From a virus: a stretch of DNA of 64,000 nucleotides. The stretch lies in IMG/VR virus record IMGVR_UViG_3300020455_000616, one strand, 5' to 3'. Of this stretch, positions 19,171 through 27,715 are shown in pieces; positions within the stretch are counted from its first letter, which is position 1; every line of letters begins with the position of its first letter. The notes under the pieces were generated by a model, which saw nothing but the letters and a program-made list of their open reading frames with translations, had not been told where the DNA came from and searched no databases. A program made the translations under genes and the position numbers.

Positions 19171-19253
19171 ACCAGTACCCCAGTAAAGGTACTGATGCTT
19201 GCTGCTACCATAAAGATATATGGTACGACCTTTAGGGGTACTGGATGTTTCAT
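19167..19253 (-). CDS. Membrane micropeptide (28 aa)
   Basis: Manual: MKHPVPLKVVPYIFMVAASISTFTGVLV; TAATG coupling. Confidence 0.6.
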   Translation of the reverse strand: MKHPVPLKVVPYIFMVAASISTFTGVLV

Positions 19254-19396
19254 TATACGAAACCAGGAATGATTTGACCTGATAGTGAGTAAGACACTAT
19301 AAGTGCTCCACATCCAACGATGGCAAAGATGCCATTCCATTTCTCAGCAATAGAGAAGTCTACCTTCTCTTCAGTTTTTGGTGTTTGCTTTGTCAT
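19253..19396 (-). CDS. hli: High-light inducible protein (47 aa)
   Basis: Manual: AEKWNGIFAIVG...SGQIIPGFV. Confidence 0.9.
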   Translation of the reverse strand: MTKQTPKTEEKVDFSIAEKWNGIFAIVGCGALIVSYSLSGQIIPGFV

Positions 19397-19509
19397 TAAA
19401 CGATACCAGGAATAAGGTTGCCAGTTGTTGCGTATGATGCACAGAGTACAATGAATCCAATCATTGCTGCTCTGCCGTTTGCTCTTAAAAAGATTTGCTT
19501 ATTGTTCAT
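19396..19509 (-). CDS. hli: High-light inducible protein (37 aa, lacks the AE Glu)
   Basis: MNNKQIFLRANGRAAMIGF...TGNLIPGIV; start corrected from ORF track. Confidence 0.88.
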   Translation of the reverse strand: MNNKQIFLRANGRAAMIGFIVLCASYATTGNLIPGIV

Positions 19510-19616
19510 TAGAATATACCAGGAATGATTTGACCTGTTGTTGCGTATGCTCCGATTGCTGCTACGAATCCTAGCATTGCCATCCATCCGTTAAACTTTT
19601 CTGCTTCGGGTGTCAT
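19509..19616 (-). CDS. hli: High-light inducible protein (35 aa)
   Basis: Manual: MTPEAEKFNGWMAMLGFVAAIGAYATTGQIIPGIF; AGGAG SD. Confidence 0.95.
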   Translation of the reverse strand: MTPEAEKFNGWMAMLGFVAAIGAYATTGQIIPGIF

Positions 19617-19687
19617 TTGTTTGCTCCTTTTTAAATTGTTAGGGGTAAAAGTGACTCGCTATTGCGAGTGGTGTAAAGACCTATAGG

Positions 19688-19801
19688 TCAAAAGATGCCA
19701 GGTATAACCCAGCCAGTAAAACCGTAGTTAACTACGGCAGCGAAGAAACCCATCATCGCAAGGCGACCATTGATTTGTTCTGCGTTCTTCCAGTAATTCA
19801 T
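19688..19801 (-). CDS. hli: High-light inducible protein (37 aa)
   Basis: Manual: MNYWKNAEQINGRLAMMGFFAAVVNYGFTGWVIPGIF. Confidence 0.93.
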   Translation of the reverse strand: MNYWKNAEQINGRLAMMGFFAAVVNYGFTGWVIPGIF

Positions 19802-19881
19802 TAGACGTATGCGATAGTTGGGGCGTATACAACTGTTGTTGCAACTATTCCTAGGAATAGAGTTTGGATAAGAACTTTCAT
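19801..19881 (-). CDS. Membrane micropeptide (26 aa) between hli genes
   Basis: Manual: MKVLIQTLFLGIVATTVVYAPTIAYV; TAATG coupling. Confidence 0.6.
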   Translation of the reverse strand: MKVLIQTLFLGIVATTVVYAPTIAYV

Positions 19882-19882
19882 T

Positions 19883-20098
19883 TTAAAATACACCTGGAAT
19901 GATTTGTCCAGTTGTAACGTATGCACCTAGTAGTGCTACGAAACCGATCATTGCCCAACGTCCGTTGGTTTTCTCAGCGTTCTTAGCATAACCTTCATAG
20001 GATGAATTCTCATCAACCCAAGGTTGTGTCTCCGCTGAAAACATATTCTGGCGACCACCTGATTCAGTTGTCGTGTACCTTGATGTTGTAGAAGTCAT
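19883..20098 (-). CDS. hli: High-light inducible protein (71 aa)
   Basis: AEKTNGRWAMIGF...TTGQIIPGVF. Confidence 0.95.
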   Translation of the reverse strand: MTSTTSRYTTTESGGRQNMFSAETQPWVDENSSYEGYAKNAEKTNGRWAMIGFVALLGAYVTTGQIIPGVF

Positions 20099-20106
20099 TG
20101 TTTCCT

Positions 20107-20169
20107 TGTGTAAAGTTTTGTTACGTACATAATTATATAGTAAACATAAAGTTTACACAACTTTACAAT
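20107..20169 (-). promoter_or_regulatory. hli operon promoter with HLR1-like boxes
   Basis: TATAAT at 20122-20127; GTAACAAA-AC-TTTACACA (minus, 20107-20124) and TTTACACA-AC-TTTACAAT (plus, 20152-20169). Confidence 0.6.
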
Positions 20170-20189
20170 TGTACGGTTCTCCGAACACC

Positions 20190-20225
20190 AAAAAGACCCC
20201 CTTATGGTAGTGATAAGGAGGTCTT
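20190..20225 (-). terminator. Intrinsic terminator
   Basis: AAGACCTCCTTAT...ATAAGGGGGTCTT followed by TTT. Confidence 0.75.
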
Positions 20226-20283
20226 ATTGAACTTATGTAAATATCTACTTTTCTATTCGGTCTACCGTACTTTTTGCCTTATA

Positions 20284-20463
20284 TTAATAATCGTCCTCTT
20301 TACTCTCAATGTACTCTTTGTTCTGCCTACAGATACCATGTACATCTATCTCTTGATGAAGATGTGCAGAGGTGTGAAGACCTTCTATCAGTAATAGTAC
20401 TGCTAACATCATGACTGGAGTAAACCATAATGGATTACCCATGACTTCACCTGCTGTTTTCAT
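20284..20463 (-). CDS. Small membrane protein (59 aa)
   Basis: Manual: MKTAGEVMGNPLWFTPVMMLAVLLLIEGLHTSAHLHQEIDVHGICRQ. Confidence 0.75.
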   Translation of the reverse strand: MKTAGEVMGNPLWFTPVMMLAVLLLIEGLHTSAHLHQEIDVHGICRQNKEYIESKEDDY

Positions 20464-20496
20464 TCATAGACACTTTCGTTACTGTATGTATAGCAT

Positions 20497-20521
20497 AAAA
20501 AAAGACCCCCGAAGGGGTCTT
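20497..20521 (-). terminator. Intrinsic terminator with UUCG loop
   Basis: AAGACCCC-TTCG-GGGGTCTT-TTTTT. Confidence 0.9.
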
Positions 20522-20542
20522 GTATAAAGTTGTTAATTAAAC

Positions 20543-20902
20543 TTAGAAAGTGAACTTAACACCTGCTTTAGCAGACCAGTCAATATTATCTTCAGCAGTT
20601 ACACCGTAGATCTCTCCGTAGAACTTATCATAAGAACCACCAAGGTATCCAGCAAGTTCTACATCACCGAACTCATCAGCAGTTTCTGTGTGAGTCACTG
20701 TAGGACCACCAGATACGTACCATCCAAGTCCAGAAGGTGTTTCTCCTTCGTATCCAACCTGTGCTTCTAGTCCACCAGATGTGTACTCACCATCAGGATA
20801 TGAACCATTAGCTTCCAAATTGACGTATGGACCAGCAAAAGCTGCACCAGCGAAGAGGAATGGAGATGCTGCTACTGCAGCGATTGTTGATTTAATAGAC
20901 AT
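20543..20902 (-). CDS. Exported protein with outer-membrane beta-strand signature
   Basis: Signal peptide ending AAFA, alternating aromatic strands, C-terminal AGVKFTF. Confidence 0.75.
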   Translation of the reverse strand: MSIKSTIAAVAASPFLFAGAAFAGPYVNLEANGSYPDGEYTSGGLEAQVGYEGETPSGLGWYVSGGPTVTHTETADEFGDVELAGYLGGSYDKFYGEIYGVTAEDNIDWSAKAGVKFTF

Positions 20903-20931
20903 GTTTGTATTTAATTATCTCGCATGGGCAT

Positions 20932-20993
20932 AAAAAATCCCTGCGGATGATAGCACCCCCGACATGGGGTACTTTTTGAACATCTACACAGGG
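20932..20993 (-). ncRNA. Structured 5' leader / attenuator-like element
   Basis: Outer stem CCCUGUG/CGCAGGG, GAUG/CAUC, inner hairpin AGUACCCC/GGGGUGCU, followed by AUUUUUU. Confidence 0.5.
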
Positions 20994-21063
20994 TTACGAT
21001 TATTTCGAGTCCTTTGTATCAGTATTATTTATACAACTGGCACATGTGACAGTTGCGAATACA

Positions 21064-21092
21064 TCTTAACACTCACACAAAGACCTGTCAAG
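21064..21092 (-). promoter_or_regulatory. Sigma70-type promoter
   Basis: TTGACA-N17-TAAGAT; TATAAATA late motif also at 21026-21033. Confidence 0.65.
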
Positions 21093-21106
21093 CACCTAGA
21101 ATACGG

Positions 21107-21898
21107 TTAACCGCCTGGATTACTTACTTTCCCTAGGTATGGATCATAATCAGTTAAAGTCTTAACGTCAAGAGTTGCTCCCTGTTGCTGCCACCAGTTC
21201 AATATACCATCATGACTTGCTCTATGGAATGAATCTATATGCTCTGGATGTATAGAAGATCCTAACTCTAATCTATAGAGTAAGATAGGTGTAGAGAATG
21301 TTGCACCAGAATTATAAATCAAATCATCTGCAACTGGTCTTGGTTTAACACCATTATCTAAACGATACTTATCAACTCCCTTCACATGATGCTTAAGCAA
21401 CTTAGCAGCATGATGTCTTGTAATCATATAGCAAGCAGTAGAGAAGTCATTGACAAATCTCCTATGCAACTTAACATGTATATCTCCAGTACATATGATT
21501 GCTAGTTGTACCACATCATAATCATATGGAAGATGTGCTACAAAATCATTCCAATTAAAATTCCAAAATTGTACTGTATCTAAATTACAATCATCTTCCA
21601 TCATGATTGCATATGGTTTATCAGTCTCCTCATAGAAGTGTTTGATTGCTTTGAGGTGTGATGTAATACATCCTATCTCACCACCAGACATCATATCAGG
21701 ATAACGACCCTTAATAATATCACTAAGGTCATCATCACGCCCATCATAAGCAGAGACACGTTGATAATCAGTTATCTCCCAGTACTTAAACTGAGACTCC
21801 ATGTGTTGCCATCTCTCTGGTTGTTCATCAAGATTAAGACAATAGACTGGACCAAATCCATCCAGTTTATATGCTGATTTATTAGTGTCTAAGACCAT
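21107..21898 (-). CDS. Glycosyltransferase family 25
   Basis: YCLNL...R, SAYDG, GEIGCITSH, IMMEDD. Confidence 0.85.
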   Translation of the reverse strand: MVLDTNKSAYKLDGFGPVYCLNLDEQPERWQHMESQFKYWEITDYQRVSAYDGRDDDLSDIIKGRYPDMMSGGEIGCITSHLKAIKHFYEETDKPYAIMMEDDCNLDTVQFWNFNWNDFVAHLPYDYDVVQLAIICTGDIHVKLHRRFVNDFSTACYMITRHHAAKLLKHHVKGVDKYRLDNGVKPRPVADDLIYNSGATFSTPILLYRLELGSSIHPEHIDSFHRASHDGILNWWQQQGATLDVKTLTDYDPYLGKVSNPGG

Positions 21899-22839
21899 CT
21901 TTCAATAACCTTTTCGATTGCAGGAATGTAATTTTTTTCTAGTACGTTCTTCCACTCAAAAGTTTTAGAATATTCAAGGATCTCATCTCTATGTGTAATA
22001 GAATATTCTCTGTTCTTAACTATCTCACTCTCAACAAATTCAATATCATTAATCTTATCCTCAGGGATGACAGTAATAAATTCTTTATCAAGATCTAAGT
22101 TTGCCTTACCCCACTCACATACAACTACACCTAGTCCAGCACAGAATGCTTCCATACAGACCAGTGGATGTGCTTCACCGTCTGATAAGAGGCAAAGGTT
22201 ACCATAGTTAGTTAACTCTTTATATAACTTCTCCTTGCTCCATTCACCAAGATAGTTCTTATTCCTATCAAAATTATTATCAGCAAGATTACCAGCATAC
22301 CAAAGAGAATCAATGTTCTGGAATAGATGTTGTCTCTTACGATAATCAATCTTTGCTAGATAGATGCTACGATCAGGATACTTTGCTTCACTCTCAAATT
22401 CAAAGTTATTTGTATTCACACCATTAGGAGTTACATAAGTATTCTCCTTTGGTATATCAAACATCAAATTATATACCTTCTCAATTCCTGGTGATAAACA
22501 GAATACATTTGGTTTAACATCTCTAAATTGATTTGCTACATTAATATAACCACCAAACATCTTTGGTCTTTCTAAGTATCCAAAATGACTAGTAATAGCA
22601 TTTGGATATTGTATGAACGGAATAATATCAATAAACTCATCATAATGAACATGCACAAAATCAGGAACAAATGAATTGATCCCATTAATTATGTGACGAT
22701 AGTCTTTTGTGTTAAGGATTTGAACTTCATGACCTAAATCCTCCAGTGCATTTTTAGTATCCCATACTAATATCTCAACAGCACCCCACCCTGTAGGTGG
22801 TATAGGCATAATGCCAGGTCCGACTAAAGTAATTTTCAT
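21889..22839 (-). CDS. Glycosyltransferase, GT-B (GT4-like)
   Basis: PIPPTGWGAVE, EAHPLVCMEA (ExFxxxxxE-like). Confidence 0.75.
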   Translation of the reverse strand: MKITLVGPGIMPIPPTGWGAVEILVWDTKNALEDLGHEVQILNTKDYRHIINGINSFVPDFVHVHYDEFIDIIPFIQYPNAITSHFGYLERPKMFGGYINVANQFRDVKPNVFCLSPGIEKVYNLMFDIPKENTYVTPNGVNTNNFEFESEAKYPDRSIYLAKIDYRKRQHLFQNIDSLWYAGNLADNNFDRNKNYLGEWSKEKLYKELTNYGNLCLLSDGEAHPLVCMEAFCAGLGVVVCEWGKANLDLDKEFITVIPEDKINDIEFVESEIVKNREYSITHRDEILEYSKTFEWKNVLEKNYIPAIEKVIERWS

Positions 22840-23408
22840 TTTAATTTTTCAGGGTAATCAGTGCAAATGCCATAACAACGTAAAACTTGTAGTGATCCCC
22901 AATCTAACTTATTCCATTCTGGCATTACTATTACGGTGTTAGATAGGTTTGGAGTTTGCTGAAGCATCTTAATATCAGAATAAGGTTTGCCAGGATATGC
23001 CCAAATGATATTGTTACTGGTTATAGTATAATGATCCTCCTGATGCCAGAAGTAATTACATCCACCAGTGTCTACATCATATCCTCTTTCTTTAGGTAAT
23101 GTTTGATCAGATAATTCGCAGAGAGTATTGTAAGTTTTACAATGAACCCAAAGGTATCTAATCCTCTGTGCTAACCAATACCAAGTTACCTTATAATCTG
23201 GTGAATCATGACCTAACCAAAGAGTTTTAGTTAAGTCATCATACCTCAAATCTATCTCTACATCATAACCCTCAGCTATACATTTGTCAATCTGCTCTGG
23301 GTTATTCTCAACCTCAGGATTTGATCCTCCAATGTTACCTCTATGTGCAATTATCCTAGCTAATGTTCTCTGATTACTAGGAATATTAATAAGAGAATCT
23401 ACAACCAT
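22836..23408 (-). CDS. Glycerophosphodiester phosphodiesterase-like protein
   Basis: IAHRG, VEIDLR, LGHD, GICTDYP. Confidence 0.75.
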   Translation of the reverse strand: MVVDSLINIPSNQRTLARIIAHRGNIGGSNPEVENNPEQIDKCIAEGYDVEIDLRYDDLTKTLWLGHDSPDYKVTWYWLAQRIRYLWVHCKTYNTLCELSDQTLPKERGYDVDTGGCNYFWHQEDHYTITSNNIIWAYPGKPYSDIKMLQQTPNLSNTVIVMPEWNKLDWGSLQVLRCYGICTDYPEKLK

Positions 23409-23409
23409 A

Positions 23410-24135
23410 TTAACCTCTTATACAAGCAGCATCCATTGACAATCCAACAAGATCAGATGAACTGAACCTTCTTAAGAATGCCCCATACTTAAATGCTTCT
23501 GGAGATGGTTCCCATATACCCTCATATACATTATCAACCTCATCAAAAGCAGTCTCTGCCCATGTCAAGAACTTAGGTCCAAAGAACTGAATAGTATCAG
23601 GGAACCTTGGATGATGTCCTGGTAGATAAAACTTATACTTATCAAGTTGTTCTAAATTTGGGAACCTCAACATGACAGTATCATATCTTGCTAGAACTAT
23701 AAAATCATAACTGATATTATTCTCAATAGAATATTGTCTTACAATATTAGATACATGTTGAATAGACTTCAACTGTGACATCACATTACTATAGTTCTTA
23801 TCATTCCAATGAGGACCATCAGGATGTTTATCTGTAAACTTCTCATCAACATACTTTTTAGCATTAGGTGGAAGTTCAAATGTTCGAGGATCTTCTATAG
23901 CAAGTATAAGAGGATTATAATTGTCAGTAACAATCTTTGGAGCATCGGGTGGGACTGGACAATTACTAATTTTAGACCATGAAGAATAATCAAACTCTCC
24001 ACCATCTTCCTGCCACCACATATGACCAAATACATCACAGTCATACTTGTCTAGTAAGACTTCTTTGTAAGTATTAATGATCTGTGGATTACCAACGTAT
24101 CGTGGTTGACCAAAAAATGCTACTGCGACTTTCAT
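23410..24135 (-). CDS. Putative glycan-modifying protein (paralog of 25505..26209)
   Basis: KVAVAFFGQPR, DFIVLARYD. Confidence 0.65.
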   Translation of the reverse strand: MKVAVAFFGQPRYVGNPQIINTYKEVLLDKYDCDVFGHMWWQEDGGEFDYSSWSKISNCPVPPDAPKIVTDNYNPLILAIEDPRTFELPPNAKKYVDEKFTDKHPDGPHWNDKNYSNVMSQLKSIQHVSNIVRQYSIENNISYDFIVLARYDTVMLRFPNLEQLDKYKFYLPGHHPRFPDTIQFFGPKFLTWAETAFDEVDNVYEGIWEPSPEAFKYGAFLRRFSSSDLVGLSMDAACIRG

Positions 24136-25508
24136 CAGAACTCTCCGTTGTAGTGCTCTAGGAAATAATTAAGATCTTCAGGAGTACCTATACCCCACAT
24201 ACCTTCCTTCTCTATCTCTTTAATACGTACCTTCTTACCATCTCCAATTGCTTCATTGAAGACAGGGCAAACATAATATTCGTTATTAACACGAATATCT
24301 TTTTCAATCATCTGCTCTGCATACTTAACATAATCAGATCCTTTTGCCCACCAATAGATACCAACTGTTGCATGCTCAGAGATTGGTTTCTTCTCAGCAA
24401 CTTCAGATACATATCCATCATCACCTAGTTTTGCATAACTCCACTTAGGATGAGTAGCAGGGAAGGTAATGATACCTCCATCACAATCACCATTAGAGAA
24501 TGCATAGAGAGTTTCATTTGAATCCCACTCAACAAACTGATCTGAGTTTGCCATCAAGAGTGGTTCATCATTATCAATGAACTCCTTAGCAAGTAATGTG
24601 GTACATGCAGCACCTTCTGTAATACCATCTACCTGAACAATATTGCAATTAGGTGCAATAAGATTTAATAGATGTTGAAGACTATACTTCTCATAGTGTT
24701 CCTTCTGAACAATGAAGGTAAAGTTTGCTTTGATATTCAGATTCTCTGTGACCACCTGAATCATTGGTTTACCCTTAACATCAATAAGAGGTTTAGGGAA
24801 TGTATATCCTTGAGTAGCAAAACGACTTCCACGTCCTGCCATAGGAATTAATACGTTCATAGTTTTGCTCTCCCAAGCGACTTTTTGTTTTTCACTCTGA
24901 AGGATTCTTTTAATCCTATCAATCTTTACTTGATTTAAATCACTCCTATTTTCAATAGGAACTAAATGACACTTACTATCTAAAGCACCCTGCCTACCAA
25001 TATGACTATCCTCAAGGATAACCGTATCATCAGGTAAAGCACCTAATGCCATCATACACTTCCAGTACATAGATGGGAATGGTTTATTCCTAACTACGTC
25101 CTCGTTAGACACATAGATGTCAACGAACTCTAGAAGTCCTAAACGTAGTAGAATAATTTTTACAGTATTACGAATACTATTAGAAGCAACTGCGACCTTA
25201 TATCCTTCCTCAACAAGTTGTTGGAAGTATCCCATCAACTCATAATCTTTATCAACTTTTGTTTTAAAGATGTGAAGTGTATTCTCTTGCTTTGCTCTCC
25301 AGATCTCCTCATATCTTTCTGCAGGAAGACCTTTGTTCTTACTCAATAATTCTAACTTTGCTGTAGTAGGAAGACCATCATAGGTACTAACATGTTCTTC
25401 TCTACTGATAGCATACTCTTCTCCGAGTGCTTCATTCAGTGCATCATAATGATAATCTTTACTATCAATTAATACACCGTCTAAATCAAAAATAACAAGT
25501 TTGGTCAT
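24135..25508 (-). CDS. HAD phosphatase - sugar nucleotidyltransferase fusion
   Basis: IFDLDGVL, KPFP, ILEDS; then IPMAGRGSRF, PKPLIDV, EKKPIS. Confidence 0.88.
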   Translation of the reverse strand: MTKLVIFDLDGVLIDSKDYHYDALNEALGEEYAISREEHVSTYDGLPTTAKLELLSKNKGLPAERYEEIWRAKQENTLHIFKTKVDKDYELMGYFQQLVEEGYKVAVASNSIRNTVKIILLRLGLLEFVDIYVSNEDVVRNKPFPSMYWKCMMALGALPDDTVILEDSHIGRQGALDSKCHLVPIENRSDLNQVKIDRIKRILQSEKQKVAWESKTMNVLIPMAGRGSRFATQGYTFPKPLIDVKGKPMIQVVTENLNIKANFTFIVQKEHYEKYSLQHLLNLIAPNCNIVQVDGITEGAACTTLLAKEFIDNDEPLLMANSDQFVEWDSNETLYAFSNGDCDGGIITFPATHPKWSYAKLGDDGYVSEVAEKKPISEHATVGIYWWAKGSDYVKYAEQMIEKDIRVNNEYYVCPVFNEAIGDGKKVRIKEIEKEGMWGIGTPEDLNYFLEHYNGEF

Positions 25509-26209
25509 TTCTTATCCCTCCATAATACATACTTCCAATCATTCTTTGTGACGGGTAATTTGTGTCTGATTTGAGCATTAAATCCAATGATACATTCTGG
25601 ATTAATTTCTGCTCCCATCTCCGCAATCTCTACGAAGTTCTCATATACGTCCAGATATTTATCCATCAATTCAGACGACCCAAATGCAAAGTGATCGTTG
25701 ATTCCATGCTCAACATGTGCCCATTCTTTTAACACATTAACACTATCAAGATTGTATTCATTGATAGGACCAATAGGTCTTTGGAAGTACTCGTCAGTTC
25801 TTAAACGAACTACAACATCATACTTAAAATTATTCTCATCTTCATATTTTTTCTTCAAGTTATTTGCCTGAGAGATACTATAGAACTGTGAGATAATATT
25901 ATTAACTGGATGTGGGAATCTAGGATCAGGTACAATATCCTCTGGTTCAAATTCTTTTGGTTCCTCAAACGTAATTGCTTTTGGATTCCAGTTGTCTTGC
26001 ATAAACTCTTTAAGATCTGCTTCCCATCTTCCACGATCTTTGTATTGATCCCAGAAGTAATTACCAATCCACTTCTCGTCATACCACATGTGTGCAAACA
26101 CATCTATCTGATATGAATTATTTGGTTTCCAAAATGTATCGTGGTGATTCGGGAACGCTTCTTTTAAATGTCTGGGTTGTCCAGAATATAATAGTGCAAT
26201 CTTAAACAT
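25505..26209 (-). CDS. Putative glycan-modifying protein
   Basis: KIALLYSGQPR, DVVVRLRTD, NDHFAFG. Confidence 0.65.
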   Translation of the reverse strand: MFKIALLYSGQPRHLKEAFPNHHDTFWKPNNSYQIDVFAHMWYDEKWIGNYFWDQYKDRGRWEADLKEFMQDNWNPKAITFEEPKEFEPEDIVPDPRFPHPVNNIISQFYSISQANNLKKKYEDENNFKYDVVVRLRTDEYFQRPIGPINEYNLDSVNVLKEWAHVEHGINDHFAFGSSELMDKYLDVYENFVEIAEMGAEINPECIIGFNAQIRHKLPVTKNDWKYVLWRDKK

Positions 26210-26921
26210 GGTACTTACTATTGTCTTTTGCTAGATGGACAATCTTTGGATCGAAGGTACATGCAGATGCAAATACTTCTGGATAGGCACAACTAGGAGA
26301 TACGGTATGAACCTCATCTCTATGCTCAATATAAAATTTATTCAAATGACTCTCATCATGCCACTGAGCAATGATGTCTTTATCATGATCCTCATCTGTT
26401 CTACTATCAAGTTCCTTAACCATGTCAAGAACATGTGGGAGTTTACCACCCCAAAGACATCCCTGATAATATACATCCATTAACTCATCTTCTGTTACAG
26501 CAGCACGGGATACTGGACGAACTTCAAATGCACCAGGTGCTTTGTTATGAGGTTCCATTCCAAGATAATGACATGGATGATGAACACCAATATAATTCTT
26601 AGTATCATCAATAAGATCTTCTGTAGTTACCTTATCAACTACACGCATATCTGCATCTAAGAAGAGTAAATAATCACAATCTTTAATATCATCAAATGAT
26701 TGCATAATCATTTTAAATCTATACAAAGTAATGTAAGGCCACTCTAAATGTTCTTGTTGATATACAATAACATTCTCTGGTGGTTCTGGTATCTCACCAT
26801 TAGTAAATACCAAATACTTCTTCTCAACATCTGGAAGAAGATACTCTTCACAACTCTCATACCACTTAGGTAAGAAGTCAAGATACTTATCAGTACCTAT
26901 AAAAACAACAGCAACTTTCAT
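26202..26921 (-). CDS. Glycosyltransferase family 6 (ABO-type alpha-1,3-Gal/GalNAc transferase)
   Basis: FIGTDKY, LFLDADM, WHDESHLNKF; TAATG-coupled to GT11. Confidence 0.88.
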   Translation of the reverse strand: MKVAVVFIGTDKYLDFLPKWYESCEEYLLPDVEKKYLVFTNGEIPEPPENVIVYQQEHLEWPYITLYRFKMIMQSFDDIKDCDYLLFLDADMRVVDKVTTEDLIDDTKNYIGVHHPCHYLGMEPHNKAPGAFEVRPVSRAAVTEDELMDVYYQGCLWGGKLPHVLDMVKELDSRTDEDHDKDIIAQWHDESHLNKFYIEHRDEVHTVSPSCAYPEVFASACTFDPKIVHLAKDNSKYHV

Positions 26922-27715
26922 TATACTACCTCCCATTCAGGACAATAAAGATCTGTAGTATCTTGTTCTTCAAGATGACCACTAAACCAATTCTTAGGTG
27001 CTATAACTTTCTTACTATTAGATAACCATGCTCCCCACCAAGAGAATGAAGAATTAGCAATAATATGTCCAGTACATAATGTCATGAGACATAAGTCAAC
27101 ATAGTTAATATTACCTTCTGCAACTAAAAATCTATCACCATCAAATAACTTTTGTTCTTTACACCACTCTGCATCATCAGAGAAAATAATAATAGTGCGA
27201 TCACTATCAAATTCTCCAAGTGCCTTCTCATAATAATCTAATCCAAGACTATTATGATGATCTAATTTTAAATAGTCAGTCCTACGAATATGAAGTGCAA
27301 CTGGTTCTTCTACAGTAGCAATCATATCTCTAGATGGTTTGGCAAACTCTTCTTTAAAAGCAAAGTCTTCCTTAATCTCTTTCTCAATATTTTTAAAGTA
27401 CTTCTCACTTTGAAGATACCCTTCTATGTTTACCCACTTAGGGCAATTATTAAAAAGGTCTTTATCAAAAGCAAATGATTTTTCTTTTACTGTAGGTCTT
27501 TCACCATCAGTATATTGAACATTAAGGTTGTGAAGATTCTTTAATTCAAATGGATAAAACAATTGATGATCTTGCCACTCCTTAAAGTTACCTTCTGGTG
27601 GTGGTGGAATCATCCAGTTATAACCATTGTTAGCAGCAATGCCTTTTAACGAAGCATACTGGAACATCTGATTACCCAGTCTTCCTAATAGTCCTAAGCG
27701 ATTAAACCCGATCAT
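26921..27715 (-). CDS. Alpha-1,2-fucosyltransferase, GT11
   Basis: GRLGNQMFQYA, ALHIRRTDY, IIANSSFSWWGAWL; start reassigned to 27715. Confidence 0.92.
   Translation of the reverse strand: MIGFNRLGLLGRLGNQMFQYASLKGIAANNGYNWMIPPPPEGNFKEWQDHQLFYPFELKNLHNLNVQYTDGERPTVKEKSFAFDKDLFNNCPKWVNIEGYLQSEKYFKNIEKEIKEDFAFKEEFAKPSRDMIATVEEPVALHIRRTDYLKLDHHNSLGLDYYEKALGEFDSDRTIIIFSDDAEWCKEQKLFDGDRFLVAEGNINYVDLCLMTLCTGHIIANSSFSWWGAWLSNSKKVIAPKNWFSGHLEEQDTTDLYCPEWEVV

Noticed and set aside
19396-19587. 63-aa ORF-track call
   Set aside because: Start lies in another frame of the upstream hli; the real gene is 19396..19509
20098-20394. Plus-strand 98-aa ORF
   Set aside because: Overlaps a promoter, a terminator and a minus-strand gene; no supporting signals
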